64,000 bases of DNA from the NCBI GenBank assembly GCA_963822945.1, contig CAWGJO010000025.1, forward strand, positions 1 through 64,000, in the 5' to 3' direction. The first letter of the stretch is position 1; the number at the start of each line of letters is the position of its first letter. The translations under genes and the position numbers were made by a program. The DNA is from an uncultured Gemmatimonadaceae bacterium. Its GTDB lineage: Bacteria > Gemmatimonadota > Gemmatimonadetes > Gemmatimonadales > Gemmatimonadaceae. The notes beneath the pieces were generated by a model that was not told the DNA's origin, searched no databases, and worked only from the letters and a program-made list of their open reading frames with translations. This document shows positions 23,872 to 33,627 of this stretch, piece by piece.

Positions 23872-24861
23872 TCAGTTGCCGGGGTGGATTTCACCGACCA
23901 CCTCCCCGCGCGTATTCACGATCTGCCGTCGCAGCAGATTCTCGAGGCGCGCCGGGAGCTTGGCCGGCAACACGTCCAACAGTTGCAGCGCGCGCAGCAG
24001 TGCCGGGTACTGCGCCCGCGCCGCCCCGTCCTCCACCTTGATGGCGACGCCGATGCCCTGCTCCAGGCAGACCGCGGAATGCACCCCTTCCGCGCCCACC
24101 TTCGAGATCACGCGGCCGTCGGTCTCCTCGATCAGAATCGTATCGAACCGATCGGTGCCGCCGACCAGAAACGGGTGCGCCTGCATGGCGCCGAGCACGC
24201 GGCTCGGCCCCGGATCCCCATCGGTGGCCGCCTGCCCAAGCCGAGCATAGCTCGTCGCCATGGCGCGCAGCGGGAGCGAATACTCCACCACGCCGCAACC
24301 GTCCACCGCGCGGCCGATCTCGTCGGCGGCGAGTCCGGTCCACCGGCTCACCGACCCCAGGCATCCCTTCTGCACCTCGTGCTCGGCGCGATGATAGCCC
24401 TCCGTCGGCCAGCCGGCGGTCTGGGCCCGGGCGAGCATGGCCGCATGTTTGCCCGAACAGTTGTTGTGCAGCCGCGTCGGTGCGGCGCCCGACGCGCGCA
24501 GCAGTTCGGCACCGCGGGGCGTGAGCGGCTCGTGCGGCCCACAGGCGAGATCCCGCTCGCCGAGCCCGAGGCTCGCCAACATCCCCGCGGCGACGGCCAC
24601 GTGTTCCGGTTCGCCGCCATGCGACGCACAGCTCAGCGCCACCTGTTCGTCGTTCCATCCCACCGCGTCGAAGCCCCCGGCGTCGGCAAATGGCATCACC
24701 TGGAACGGCTTGGCGCACGAGCGCCAGTGGGATACCCACGCCGCCTCGCGCGCGCGGCCCACCAGCCGCCCCGACGGTTCCACCGCGGCGGCATGTACGC
24801 GGTGCACCGCTTCCACGCTCTCGCCGCGTGTGACCACGACGTCCAACTGCATCTCGTTCAT
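23872..24861 (-). CDS. L-asparaginase II (Rhizobium-type, class 3)
   Basis: RSCAKPFQ, CASHGGE, NNCSGKH, DGCG, SKVGAEG. Confidence 0.9.
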   Translation of the reverse strand: MNEMQLDVVVTRGESVEAVHRVHAAAVEPSGRLVGRAREAAWVSHWRSCAKPFQVMPFADAGGFDAVGWNDEQVALSCASHGGEPEHVAVAAGMLASLGLGERDLACGPHEPLTPRGAELLRASGAAPTRLHNNCSGKHAAMLARAQTAGWPTEGYHRAEHEVQKGCLGSVSRWTGLAADEIGRAVDGCGVVEYSLPLRAMATSYARLGQAATDGDPGPSRVLGAMQAHPFLVGGTDRFDTILIEETDGRVISKVGAEGVHSAVCLEQGIGVAIKVEDGAARAQYPALLRALQLLDVLPAKLPARLENLLRRQIVNTRGEVVGEIHPGN

Positions 24862-24940
24862 GCGGGCAGGCTCTCGACTCGCTCGGGAACTGGGGGGAGA
24901 GAACGCCGAAAGATAACGTGCCGCCCGGGGCGGACCGCGG

Positions 24941-25837
24941 TCATTCGGTCAGCGGTACGTCGCGCGTGGCTCGCGTCGCGCGCGCGATGCCGTAGATGAT
25001 GAACGCGCCGCCGACCACCGTGCCCCAATTCGGCAGTTCCCGGATGCCCGGGAGCGCGGCGGCGAGAATCGTCGCTCCCACCGGTTCGCCGAGCAGCGCG
25101 AGATTGACGACGTATGCCGGCACATACCGCAGGGCGTAGTTGAACCCGGTGTGCCCAAGAAGCATCGGTCCCAGCGCGAGCGCCGCGAAGATGGCCCATT
25201 CGCGCGGGGGCTGCGGGAGGAGCGCCACGTGGGTGCCAAGCGCCGCCAGCACCAGCACCGCGAAACAGGCGCCGTAGACCACCGCGACGTATGGCCACAG
25301 ATCCAGCGTGGCGCGCAGCTTCCGGCCGGCCACGAAGTAGCAGGCCCCCGCAATCGCTCCCACGAACGCCAGCCCGTCGCCGAGCAGCGCGCGCCCGCCC
25401 AGGCCCGCTCCCTCGCGCATCAGATCGGGAAGCGTGACGACCACGGCGCCGGCCATCGCGATCGCAATGCCGCTCCATTGCCGGCGCGTCGGGTGCTCAT
25501 GCAGCCAGAGGATCGAGAGCACGCCGACGATCGCCGGCTGCATGTCCACCAGCACCACCGATGCCGAGACGGTCGTGAGGTTGAGCGACGCGTTCCACGA
25601 CCAGAAGTGGATGGCGAGCATCGCGCCCGCGCCGACGGCGACGGCGAAGTCACGCCGGTGCAGCCGGCCCAACTGGCGCCAGGTTCCGGTGAGCGCCAGC
25701 GCGATGGCCACGATGACGAGCGAGAATCCCATCCGGCCGGCGGCGACGGTCAGCGCCGGTGCCCCGGACAGCCGCGTGAGCGGACCGGCCAGCGAGATGC
25801 CGAAGATGGCGAAGGCGAGAACGACGGTAGGGGACAC
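24941..25837 (-). CDS. DMT/EamA family transporter
   Basis: ~10 hydrophobic helices; HFWSW, GHTGFN, LGEPVGA. Confidence 0.88.
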   Translation of the reverse strand: MSPTVVLAFAIFGISLAGPLTRLSGAPALTVAAGRMGFSLVIVAIALALTGTWRQLGRLHRRDFAVAVGAGAMLAIHFWSWNASLNLTTVSASVVLVDMQPAIVGVLSILWLHEHPTRRQWSGIAIAMAGAVVVTLPDLMREGAGLGGRALLGDGLAFVGAIAGACYFVAGRKLRATLDLWPYVAVVYGACFAVLVLAALGTHVALLPQPPREWAIFAALALGPMLLGHTGFNYALRYVPAYVVNLALLGEPVGATILAAALPGIRELPNWGTVVGGAFIIYGIARATRATRDVPLTE

Positions 25838-25973
25838 GGATACCCGGGACGGCGGTGGACGGCGGACGGGTAACGGTAGCCGGACCCAACACCGGGCGAC
25901 AGGTCGGATCGAGTCACGGTTGGCCCTTGGCAAACGGCAACGGCGTGGCGACTGGCAACCGCCACCTACAGGC

Positions 25974-26008
25974 GTCAGTCTCCGGCTGTCAGTCATCAGC
26001 CGTCAGTT
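25974..26008 (+). repeat. Degenerate heptamer tandem repeat (GTCAGYC-like)
   Basis: gtcagtc/tccggct/gtcagtc/atcagcc/gtcagtt. Confidence 0.5.
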
Positions 26009-26044
26009 GTCCGTCGGTTGGCGCCGGTGGTAGGTTTCCTTCCC

Positions 26045-27061
26045 ATGCCCCAGACCATGACCCGGGACCGCCTGACGGCCCTGCTCGACGCCGCCAGGCA
26101 GCAGCGACTGGCCGTGATCGGCGACGCGATGCTGGATGTCTACCTGGTGGGCGACGTGGACCGCATCTCCCCCGAGGCGCCGGTGCCCGTGGTCCGGGTG
26201 CGCGAGCGGCGATATGCGCTCGGCGGTGCCGCCAACGTGGCGCAGAACGTCGCCGCGATGGGGGCGCAGAGTCTACTCGTGGGCGCGGTGGGCACCGACG
26301 CCGGCGGCGCGACCCTGCGCAACATGCTCGACGAGATGTCGGTGGAGTCGGACCACCTCGTGGAAGTGGACCGGCCGACGACCACCAAGACTCGTGTGCT
26401 CGCCCGCTCGCAGCAGCTCGTCCGCGTGGACGAGGAAGACGACGCCGACTTCTCGGCCGGCGAGATCGAGAAGCTGCTGGAGGCCGTGCACAGCGCCATC
26501 GCCCAGGCCGACGCGCTGGTGCTCGAGGACTACAACAAGGGCGTGCTGGTGGCCGAGGTGATCGCCAAGTCCATCGGCTGGGCCCGCGAGCGCGGAATCC
26601 CGATCGTCGTGGACCCGAAGTACCGCAACTTCTTCGCCTATCGCGGGGCCACGGTGTTCAAGCCGAATCGCCGCGAACTCGAAGCCGCGCTCGGCGCCGC
26701 CATCAACCTGGACCATCCGGAGGCGCTTCCGGCGACCTTCGCCCGGTTGGGGGTGGACCACCTGCTGCTCACGCTCGGCGAGCGTGGCATGGCGTTGCTC
26801 TCGCAGGACGGGTCGGTGGTGCGGATTCCGACCATGGCCCGCGAGGTCTACGACGTGGTGGGCGCCGGCGACACCGTGACGGCCTATCTCGGCGCTACGC
26901 TCGCCGCCGGCGCCACGGCCAGGGAGGCGGCGGTGATCGCGAACTTCGCGGCGGGCATCGAGGTCGGCAAGCTCGGCGCCGCGACGGTGACGCCGGCCGA
27001 GATCGTGGCGTCTTACGACGACTTCGTGGCGCGGCAGAACGCGCAGGCGCACGTCGGGTAG
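26045..27061 (+). CDS. rfaE1: D-glycero-beta-D-manno-heptose-7-phosphate kinase (HldE/RfaE kinase domain only)
   Basis: RISPEAPVPV, GGAANVA, DYNKG, KPNRRE, DVVGAGDT. Confidence 0.92.
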   Translation: MPQTMTRDRLTALLDAARQQRLAVIGDAMLDVYLVGDVDRISPEAPVPVVRVRERRYALGGAANVAQNVAAMGAQSLLVGAVGTDAGGATLRNMLDEMSVESDHLVEVDRPTTTKTRVLARSQQLVRVDEEDDADFSAGEIEKLLEAVHSAIAQADALVLEDYNKGVLVAEVIAKSIGWARERGIPIVVDPKYRNFFAYRGATVFKPNRRELEAALGAAINLDHPEALPATFARLGVDHLLLTLGERGMALLSQDGSVVRIPTMAREVYDVVGAGDTVTAYLGATLAAGATAREAAVIANFAAGIEVGKLGAATVTPAEIVASYDDFVARQNAQAHVG

Positions 27062-27133
27062 CGCCGCGCGCCGGGGACGGCGGTGCCGCTTGCGGACGCC
27101 CGCCTCGGCCGATAACTAGAAGGCGCGTTACCC

Positions 27134-27207
27134 GGGGCCTTAGCTCAGTCGGTTAGAGCAGTGGACTCATAATCCAACGGTCGCAGGTTCGAATCCTGCA
27201 GGCCCCA
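27134..27207 (+). tRNA. tRNA with CAT anticodon, most likely tRNA-Ile2 (lysidine)
   Basis: Acceptor GGGGCCT/AGGCCCC-A, D arm GCTCAG..GGTTAGAGC, loop CTCATAA, T arm GGTTCGAATCC; no C1:A72 mismatch, so not the initiator; CCA not encoded. Confidence 0.9.
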
Positions 27208-27288
27208 CTCGTCCGGCCGCTCCGCCGGGGCTACCACCGCCCCCGGGGCGCCGTTAGGTTTTCCACTCTGCGCCGCTCGGCGCTTCCA

Positions 27289-27362
27289 GGTCGCGTAGCT
27301 CAGCTGGTTAGAGCGCTGCTTTCACACAGCAGAGGTCCACGGTTCGAGCCCGTGCGCGACCA
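27289..27362 (+). tRNA. tRNA-Val(CAC)
   Basis: Acceptor GGTCGCG/CGCGACC-A, anticodon arm CTGCT-TTCACAC-AGCAG, T arm GGTTCGAGCCC; CCA not encoded. Confidence 0.95.
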
Positions 27363-27368
27363 TCACGG

Positions 27369-27396
27369 AACGGGGTGCCCGATTGGGCACCCCGTT
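27369..27396 (+). terminator. Perfect 12-bp hairpin after tRNA-Val (terminator or processing stem)
   Basis: AACGGGGTGCCC-GATT-GGGCACCCCGTT; lacks a long U tract. Confidence 0.5.
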
Positions 27397-27415
27397 GGCC
27401 GTTGCGCCGAGTCCC

Positions 27416-29119
27416 ATGGCCGAGTTCGTCCCGAAGATCGTCACGGTCCTGCGCGGCTACACCCGCGAGCAGTTCAGCGCGGACCTCATCGCCGGCGTCA
27501 TCGTCGGCATCGTCGCCATCCCCCTGGCCATCGCGTTCGCCATCGCCAGCGGGGTGTCCCCCGGCGCGGGGCTGTACACCGCGATCGTCGCCGGCTTCCT
27601 GGTCAGTGCGCTCGGCGGATCGCGGGTGCTCATCGGCGGGCCGACGGGCGCGTTCGTCGTCATCGTCTACGGCATCGTCCAGAAGTACGGCATCGACGGA
27701 CTGACCGTCGCCACGCTGATGGCGGGGGTGATCCTCGTCATCATGGGGTTCGCCCGGCTCGGCGGCGCCATCAAGTTCATCCCACACCCCGTGGTGACGG
27801 GATTCACCAGCGGCATCGCGGTCATCATCTTCTCCGGCGAGGTGAAGGACTTCCTCGGCCTGAAGATGGGCGCCGTCCCCGCCGACTTCCTGCACAAGTG
27901 GGGCGCGTTCGCTACGCACTTCGGCACGGCGGACCTGACCACCACCGGCATCGCGCTCTTCTCGCTCGCCGTCATCCTCGTCTGGCCGCGCATCAACCGG
28001 CGGGTGCCCGGGGCGTTCGTGGCGCTCATCGTGGCCACCGTGCTCGTGCGCGCATTCCACCTGCCCGTGGAGACCATCGGCTCTCGCTTCGGTGGGATCA
28101 GCGCGTCGCTCCCCCACCCCGTGCTCCCGCACGTCACGCTGTCCGAGGTGCAGGGGTTGGTGGCGCCCGCATTCACCATCGCGATTCTGGCGGCCGTGGA
28201 ATCGCTGCTCGCTGCGGTCGTGTCGGACGGCATGATCGGCGGCCGACACCGCTCGAACATGGAGTTGGTGGCCCAGGGGGTTGCCAATATCGCCTCCCCA
28301 CTGTTCGGCGGCATGCCCGCCACCGGCGCCATTGCCCGTACGGCCACCAGCATCAAGAACGGCGGCCGCACGCCGGTGGCCGGCATCGTGCATGCGGTCA
28401 CGCTGCTGCTCATCACGCTCGCGTTCGGGCGCTGGGCGGCGCTGGTGCCGCTGCCCACGCTGGCGGCCATTCTCGTGGTCGTCGCCTACCACATGAGCGA
28501 GTGGCGGACGTTCCGCGCCGAGCTGCGCGCGCCGAAGAGCGACGTCGCCGTGTTGCTGGCCACCTTCGGACTGACCGTGCTGGTGGACCTCACCGTGGCC
28601 ATCGAGGTCGGCATGGTGCTGGCGGCGTTCCTGTTCATGCGCCGCATGTCCGAGGTCACGAGCGTCAGCGCGGTCACCCGCGAATTCTCGGACACCGAGT
28701 CGGAGGATGAACTCGGCGAGACCGCGGGGAGTGCGGGAGGACGCATCCCGCCGGGCGTACAGATCTACGAGATCAACGGCCCCTTCTTCTTCGGGGCCGC
28801 CGAACGGTTCAAGGATGCGCTCACGGTGGTGAGCGAAGCACCCAAGGTGCTGATCCTCCGCATGCGGCACGTGTCGGCCATGGACTCCACGGGGATGCAT
28901 GCGCTCCGGGCGCTCGTCCGCCGCTCCCGAGCCGACGGCACGCTCGTGCTGCTGTCCGGCGTGCATATGCAGCCGCTCGTGGCGCTGCGGCGCTCCGGCA
29001 TGCTGGACGACATCGGCGAGGACACGCTCTGCGACAACCTGGAGATCGCCCTGCGCCGCGCCCGCGCGCATCTGGGGCTCGGGCCACAGAGCGCCCCCGA
29101 CCAGCCGTCGCTCTTCTAG
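27416..29119 (+). CDS. SulP family anion transporter with STAS domain
   Basis: DLIAGVIVGIVAIPLAIAFAIASG, GGPTGAF, ELVAQG, ATGAIART; C-terminal STAS. Confidence 0.95.
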   Translation: MAEFVPKIVTVLRGYTREQFSADLIAGVIVGIVAIPLAIAFAIASGVSPGAGLYTAIVAGFLVSALGGSRVLIGGPTGAFVVIVYGIVQKYGIDGLTVATLMAGVILVIMGFARLGGAIKFIPHPVVTGFTSGIAVIIFSGEVKDFLGLKMGAVPADFLHKWGAFATHFGTADLTTTGIALFSLAVILVWPRINRRVPGAFVALIVATVLVRAFHLPVETIGSRFGGISASLPHPVLPHVTLSEVQGLVAPAFTIAILAAVESLLAAVVSDGMIGGRHRSNMELVAQGVANIASPLFGGMPATGAIARTATSIKNGGRTPVAGIVHAVTLLLITLAFGRWAALVPLPTLAAILVVVAYHMSEWRTFRAELRAPKSDVAVLLATFGLTVLVDLTVAIEVGMVLAAFLFMRRMSEVTSVSAVTREFSDTESEDELGETAGSAGGRIPPGVQIYEINGPFFFGAAERFKDALTVVSEAPKVLILRMRHVSAMDSTGMHALRALVRRSRADGTLVLLSGVHMQPLVALRRSGMLDDIGEDTLCDNLEIALRRARAHLGLGPQSAPDQPSLF

Positions 29120-29123
29120 CCCG

Positions 29124-30423
29124 TCAGACCGGCACCACCTCGGCGCCGGCGCTCCGCAGCCGGCCGGCCAACGCGTCGTCCACCCGCGCGTGCACGATCA
29201 TCCAGTCGCCGTCCGTGCGCTGGTCCACCACCTCGCCGTCGCGATGGATGGACGCCAGCAGGCGGCCGTCGGATGGGGAGAGCCGGATCTCGGACAGCGG
29301 CCGGCGCGCGCGGATGGCCGCCTGCAGCGCGCGGCGCAGCGGGGCCAGTCCGCCCTCCGCCTTCGCGGACACGAAGATGGCGTCGCGCTCCATCGCGGTC
29401 ACGCGCGCCTGCAGCGCGAGCAACTCCTCGGTCGACAGCGCGTCGATCTTGTTGAACACGAGCAGCACCGGCGCCTCCTGCAAGCCGAGCTCTTCGAGCA
29501 CCTCGTCCACCACCTGGCGCTGGTCCTCCCACATCGGATGGCTCGCGTCCACCACGTGAAGCAGCAGGTCGGCGTCGCGCGTCTCTTCCAGCGTTGCGCG
29601 GAACGACGCCACCAGATGGTGGGGCAACTTGCGGATGAACCCCACCGTGTCGGTGACCAGCGCCCGCGTGTTCTCGCCCAGGTCCACTTCGCGCGTCAGC
29701 GGATCGAGCGTGGCGAACAGCCGGTCCTCGACGAACACGTCCGGCGCGTCGGCGAGGCCGCGCAGGATCGACGACTTGCCCGCGTTGGTGTAGCCCACCA
29801 GCGACGCTTTGAACGTGCCCTGGCGCGACTGCCGCTGCACGGCGCGCGCCTTCATGACCTCGCGGAGCCGCTCGCGCAGCAACTTGATGCGATGGTTGAT
29901 CAGTCGGCGGTCGGTCTCGAGCTGCGTTTCGCCCGGCCCCCGCACCCCGATGCCGCCGCGGAACTTCTCCAGGTGCGTCCACATGCGCGTGAGCCGCGGG
30001 AGCATGTATTCCAGCTGCGCCAACTCCACCTGCATCTTCGCCTCCGACGAACGCGCCCGCGTGGCGAAGATGTCGAGGATCAACTCGGCCCGGTCCACCA
30101 CGCGCTGCCCGATGGCGTCTTCGATGTTCTTGCCCTGCGACGGCGAGAGTTCGTCGTCGAAGATCACCAGCGTGGCCCCGGTCTCGATCACCTTGGCCCG
30201 CAGCGCGTCGAGCTTGCCCGACCCGAGGTAGGTGGCCGGGTTGCGGACGGTCGATCTGTTGCGTCAGTTCCCCGACGATGGTGGCCCCCGCCGTGTCGGC
30301 CAGGCGCTCGAGTTCGCGCAGGTGTTCCTCCAGCATCCGCCGGGCGCCGGCCCGCTTGATCGGCGCGCCGACCAGCAGCGCGCGGTCAGCAGGCGGAGTG
30401 ACGGTAATCAGGTCGCGTGTGAT
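29124..30423 (-). CDS. hflX: GTPase HflX (frameshift near 30244; probable non-canonical ATC start)
   Basis: RALLVG, ELERLADTAG, LILDIFA, GPGETQLETDRR, GYTNAGKS, LFATLD, DTVGF, NKID. Confidence 0.93.
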
Positions 30424-30435
30424 GCAGGCCTCCGC

Positions 30436-30918
30436 TCAGCGGATTCGGGAGTTTATCGTGGAAAAGGTGCCGGTCGTCGTGAAGGGAAAGGTGTGGCTGC
30501 CGATCGGCGTGTCCACCGTGAGGTCGCCGAGCACCGTGTACTTCACCGCGCCGGTCTGCATGAGCTGGCGCGCGGCCGCGCCCACCCCGGCGTAGGTGAA
30601 CTGCACCGGAATGTGCACCGTGGTCGTATCCCCGGCCTGGAATTGATTCCGGTCGCTCAGCGTGCCGTCCGCCACGGGCAGCGAGTCCACGTTCACCCGG
30701 TAGTGCATCTGCGTGGCGTCCAGCCGGTATCCGTTGGGGTTGTAGACGCGCAACACGACGTCCAGGTTGCCACCCGCGATGCCGAGCCCCGTCAACCGCA
30801 CGTCCTGCAGTTCGACCGCCGGCTGTTTGAAGATCTGCCGACCGATCGTCGAGCAGCCGCCCACGAGTGCGAGCGCCGCCGCTGTCACGACCCACCGCTT
30901 CAGAATTTGTGTGCGCAC
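30436..30918 (-). CDS. LEA type 2/WHy-domain lipoprotein
   Basis: Lipobox-like LVGGC and VYNPN motif. Confidence 0.82.
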   Translation of the reverse strand: MRTQILKRWVVTAAALALVGGCSTIGRQIFKQPAVELQDVRLTGLGIAGGNLDVVLRVYNPNGYRLDATQMHYRVNVDSLPVADGTLSDRNQFQAGDTTTVHIPVQFTYAGVGAAARQLMQTGAVKYTVLGDLTVDTPIGSHTFPFTTTGTFSTINSRIR

Positions 30919-30925
30919 GGATTCG

Positions 30926-32293
30926 TCACTCCTTGTCGCCCGCGTCCCGGGCCTTGCGTTTGAGGTCCAGCCACCACGCCAACCGCTTCGCGATTTCCTT
31001 CTCGAACCCGAAATTGCCGGGTTCGAAGAACGCGGTGCCGCGAAGGCGCTCCGGCAGGTATTCCTGCGGAATGTACGCCTCCGGCACCGCGTGCGCGTAC
31101 TGATACCCGCGGCCATAGCCCAGTTCCTTCATCAACCCGGTGGGGGCGTTCCGGATATGCAGCGGTACCGGCTCGGCCGGCGTCTCCCGTGCCGCGTCCA
31201 TGGCCGCGTCCAGCGCCCGCTTTGTGCTGTTCGACTTGGGGGCGGTGGCCAGGTAGACCGTCATCTCCGCCAGGGGCAGATAGCCCTCCGGCGGCCCCAG
31301 CATATGGAAGGCGTCGCGCGCGGCCACGGCCAGTTTCAGAGCCTCGGGATCGGCCAACCCGATATCCTCGGCGGCCATCGCGATCGCCCGCCGGAAGAGC
31401 ACCATGGGATCGGCCCCGCCGTCGAGCATCCGCGCCATCCAGTAGAGCGCCGCCTGCGGGTCGCTCCCCCGCAGACTCTTGTGATACGCGCTCAGCATGT
31501 TGTACGTCTCTTCGCCACCCTTGTCGAAGTGCGCGAACCGGAGTTGCAGCGCCTCCCGCCCCTCCGCCTCGCCCAGGTGCCCGCCCCGGCCCACGTGTGC
31601 GGCGGCCGCCTCGAGCACGGTCAACGCACGCCGGGCGTCACCGTCGGCCAGCGTCGCGATCAGCGTCACGGCCTCATCGTCCACCTGCAGCCCCCAGTCG
31701 CCGAGACCGCGTTCGGCGTCGGCGAGCGCGGTGCGCAGTACGGCCTCGAGATCCGCCACCGGGATGGGCTCCAGCACGAACACGCGCAGCCGCGACAGCA
31801 ATGCGCCGTTGATCTCGAACGACGGGTTCTCCGTCGTCGCCCCGATGAGCGTGATCGTGCCCGCTTCGACGTGCGGCAGGAAGGCGTCCTGCTGCGCCTT
31901 GTTGAACCGATGGATCTCGTCGGCGAACAGAATGGTGCCCTGCCCGGCCGCCCGTCGCGCCTCCGCCTGCGCCACGATCTCGCGCACGCGAGGGACGCCT
32001 TCGGTGACCGCGGAGAACGAAACGAAGGCCCGGTCCGTGTGCCGCGCGACGAGGCGGGCCAGCGTGGTCTTGCCGGAGCCCGGCGGCCCCCAGAAGACCA
32101 TCGACCCGACGGTCCCCGACTCGATCGCCGTGCGCAACGGCTTGCCCTCGGCCAGAAGTTGCCGTTGACCGACGAACTCTTCCAGCGAACGCGGGCGCAT
32201 GCGCGCCGCCAGCGGCGTATCGCCCGGCTTCGCCCACAACGACGCCGCATGCGCGTCCGGCGCCCCGCCGGACGCCTTCCCACGGGCGCTCAT
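30926..32293 (-). CDS. rarA: Replication-associated recombination protein RarA/MgsA
   Basis: PLAARMRP, WGPPGSGKTT, DEIHRFNKAQQD, ATTENP, SLRGSD, EDIGLADP. Confidence 0.96.
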   Translation of the reverse strand: MSARGKASGGAPDAHAASLWAKPGDTPLAARMRPRSLEEFVGQRQLLAEGKPLRTAIESGTVGSMVFWGPPGSGKTTLARLVARHTDRAFVSFSAVTEGVPRVREIVAQAEARRAAGQGTILFADEIHRFNKAQQDAFLPHVEAGTITLIGATTENPSFEINGALLSRLRVFVLEPIPVADLEAVLRTALADAERGLGDWGLQVDDEAVTLIATLADGDARRALTVLEAAAAHVGRGGHLGEAEGREALQLRFAHFDKGGEETYNMLSAYHKSLRGSDPQAALYWMARMLDGGADPMVLFRRAIAMAAEDIGLADPEALKLAVAARDAFHMLGPPEGYLPLAEMTVYLATAPKSNSTKRALDAAMDAARETPAEPVPLHIRNAPTGLMKELGYGRGYQYAHAVPEAYIPQEYLPERLRGTAFFEPGNFGFEKEIAKRLAWWLDLKRKARDAGDKE

Positions 32294-33627
32294 CGTCCCT
32301 CCGCGCCCGACTCCGCCTGCAGCTCCGCGGCGCGCTGTTCCAGCGCCGTCGGCGTGTTGCGCGCCGGGTCGTCGAGCACCCAGTCGAGGAGGGCCTGCAG
32401 AATCCGGCCCATGGCCGGGCCAGGCGGGACTCCCGCCCGACGGAGGTCGTCGCCGTCCACCGCGAGGTCGCGCAGGTCCACCGGATCGCGAAACGCCGCG
32501 CGCAACGCCCGCCGGTAGAGCGAGCGCACCGCTGCGGCCTCGGGCGCGCTCCCTCGCTCGCGACGCGCCGCCCAGCGCGCGCTGGCCAGCCGGAAGAAGC
32601 CGGGCAGATAGAGCCGTCCCACCGCGGCCACCCAACGCCGCGTCTGCGCGTCCGATACGGCCGTGCCGGACATCAAGGCGTCACCGATCGCCGCGCCGAT
32701 GGTCTGCCACCGTTCCACCAGCGCCTGGATCCACGTCATCTCCAACTTCGAGCAGCGCAGTGCCGTGAGCGCCGCGGCGATGCGGCCGTCGACGGCCGGC
32801 ACGTCGCTGAACAGCGCTGCCATGCGGTGGATGCGCCGGTTGGGGCGCTGCGCCATGCCGGGCATGGCCAGGCAATCGAGCGCGCGCAGCGTCTCGTCGC
32901 TTACGCCGGCGAGCGCGGGCACCAGCGTGGCCAGCGCGCCGGCTTCCCGCCACCGCGCGAGCGCCGCGCCCGGCCGGGCCACCTGCTGCATGGTCTTCTC
33001 GATTTCCTGCTTCACCCGTTCGGGCGACAGGCGCCCCAGGTGCGGCGCGCTCGCCACCATGGCGTTCCACGTGGGGGCATCGATCTCGAAGTCGAAGCGC
33101 GCGGCGAACCGGATGGCGCGCAACACGCGCAGACGATCCTCGCGCATGCGTTCCGCGGGATCGCCCACAGCGCGCACCAGCCGGCGCTTCAGGTCCTCGC
33201 GGCCCCCGAACGGATCGTGCAGCCGTTCGTGCCGCGGCGAGTAGGCGATGGCGTTGATCGTGAAGTCCCGGCGGGCCAGATCGTCGTCCAGCGAGACGCC
33301 GAACTCCACCTCCGCGTGCCGGCCGTCGGTGCGCACGTCGCGCCGGAAGGTCGTCACTTCATGGAGCGTCTTCTGATCGTCGAGCACCCCGACGGTGCCG
33401 AATTCGATGCCCACGGGAATGGTGCGGCGGTGGCCGAACAGCGCGCGCACCTGTTCGGGTGTGGCCGCCGTGGCCAGGTCCCAATCGAGATGCGGGTGCC
33501 CGAGCAGCGCGTCGCGCACCGCGCCCCCCACGCACCAGGTTTCGTGGCCGGCTCTTTCCAGGCGGTCGGCGATTTCCAGCACCGGCCGCGGGGGACGCAG
33601 GAGTTTCAGCTCGTCCCGATCAGCCAT
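32290..33627 (-). CDS. cca: CCA tRNA nucleotidyltransferase (class II)
   Basis: VGGAVRD, DWDLAT, RRDFTINA, EDRLRVLRAIRF. Confidence 0.88.
   Translation of the reverse strand: MADRDELKLLRPPRPVLEIADRLERAGHETWCVGGAVRDALLGHPHLDWDLATAATPEQVRALFGHRRTIPVGIEFGTVGVLDDQKTLHEVTTFRRDVRTDGRHAEVEFGVSLDDDLARRDFTINAIAYSPRHERLHDPFGGREDLKRRLVRAVGDPAERMREDRLRVLRAIRFAARFDFEIDAPTWNAMVASAPHLGRLSPERVKQEIEKTMQQVARPGAALARWREAGALATLVPALAGVSDETLRALDCLAMPGMAQRPNRRIHRMAALFSDVPAVDGRIAAALTALRCSKLEMTWIQALVERWQTIGAAIGDALMSGTAVSDAQTRRWVAAVGRLYLPGFFRLASARWAARRERGSAPEAAAVRSLYRRALRAAFRDPVDLRDLAVDGDDLRRAGVPPGPAMGRILQALLDWVLDDPARNTPTALEQRAAELQAESGAEGR

Noticed and set aside
27134..29119. tRNA-anchored genomic island carrying sulP
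   Set aside because: No integrase, no duplicated tRNA 3' end and no compositional shift seen
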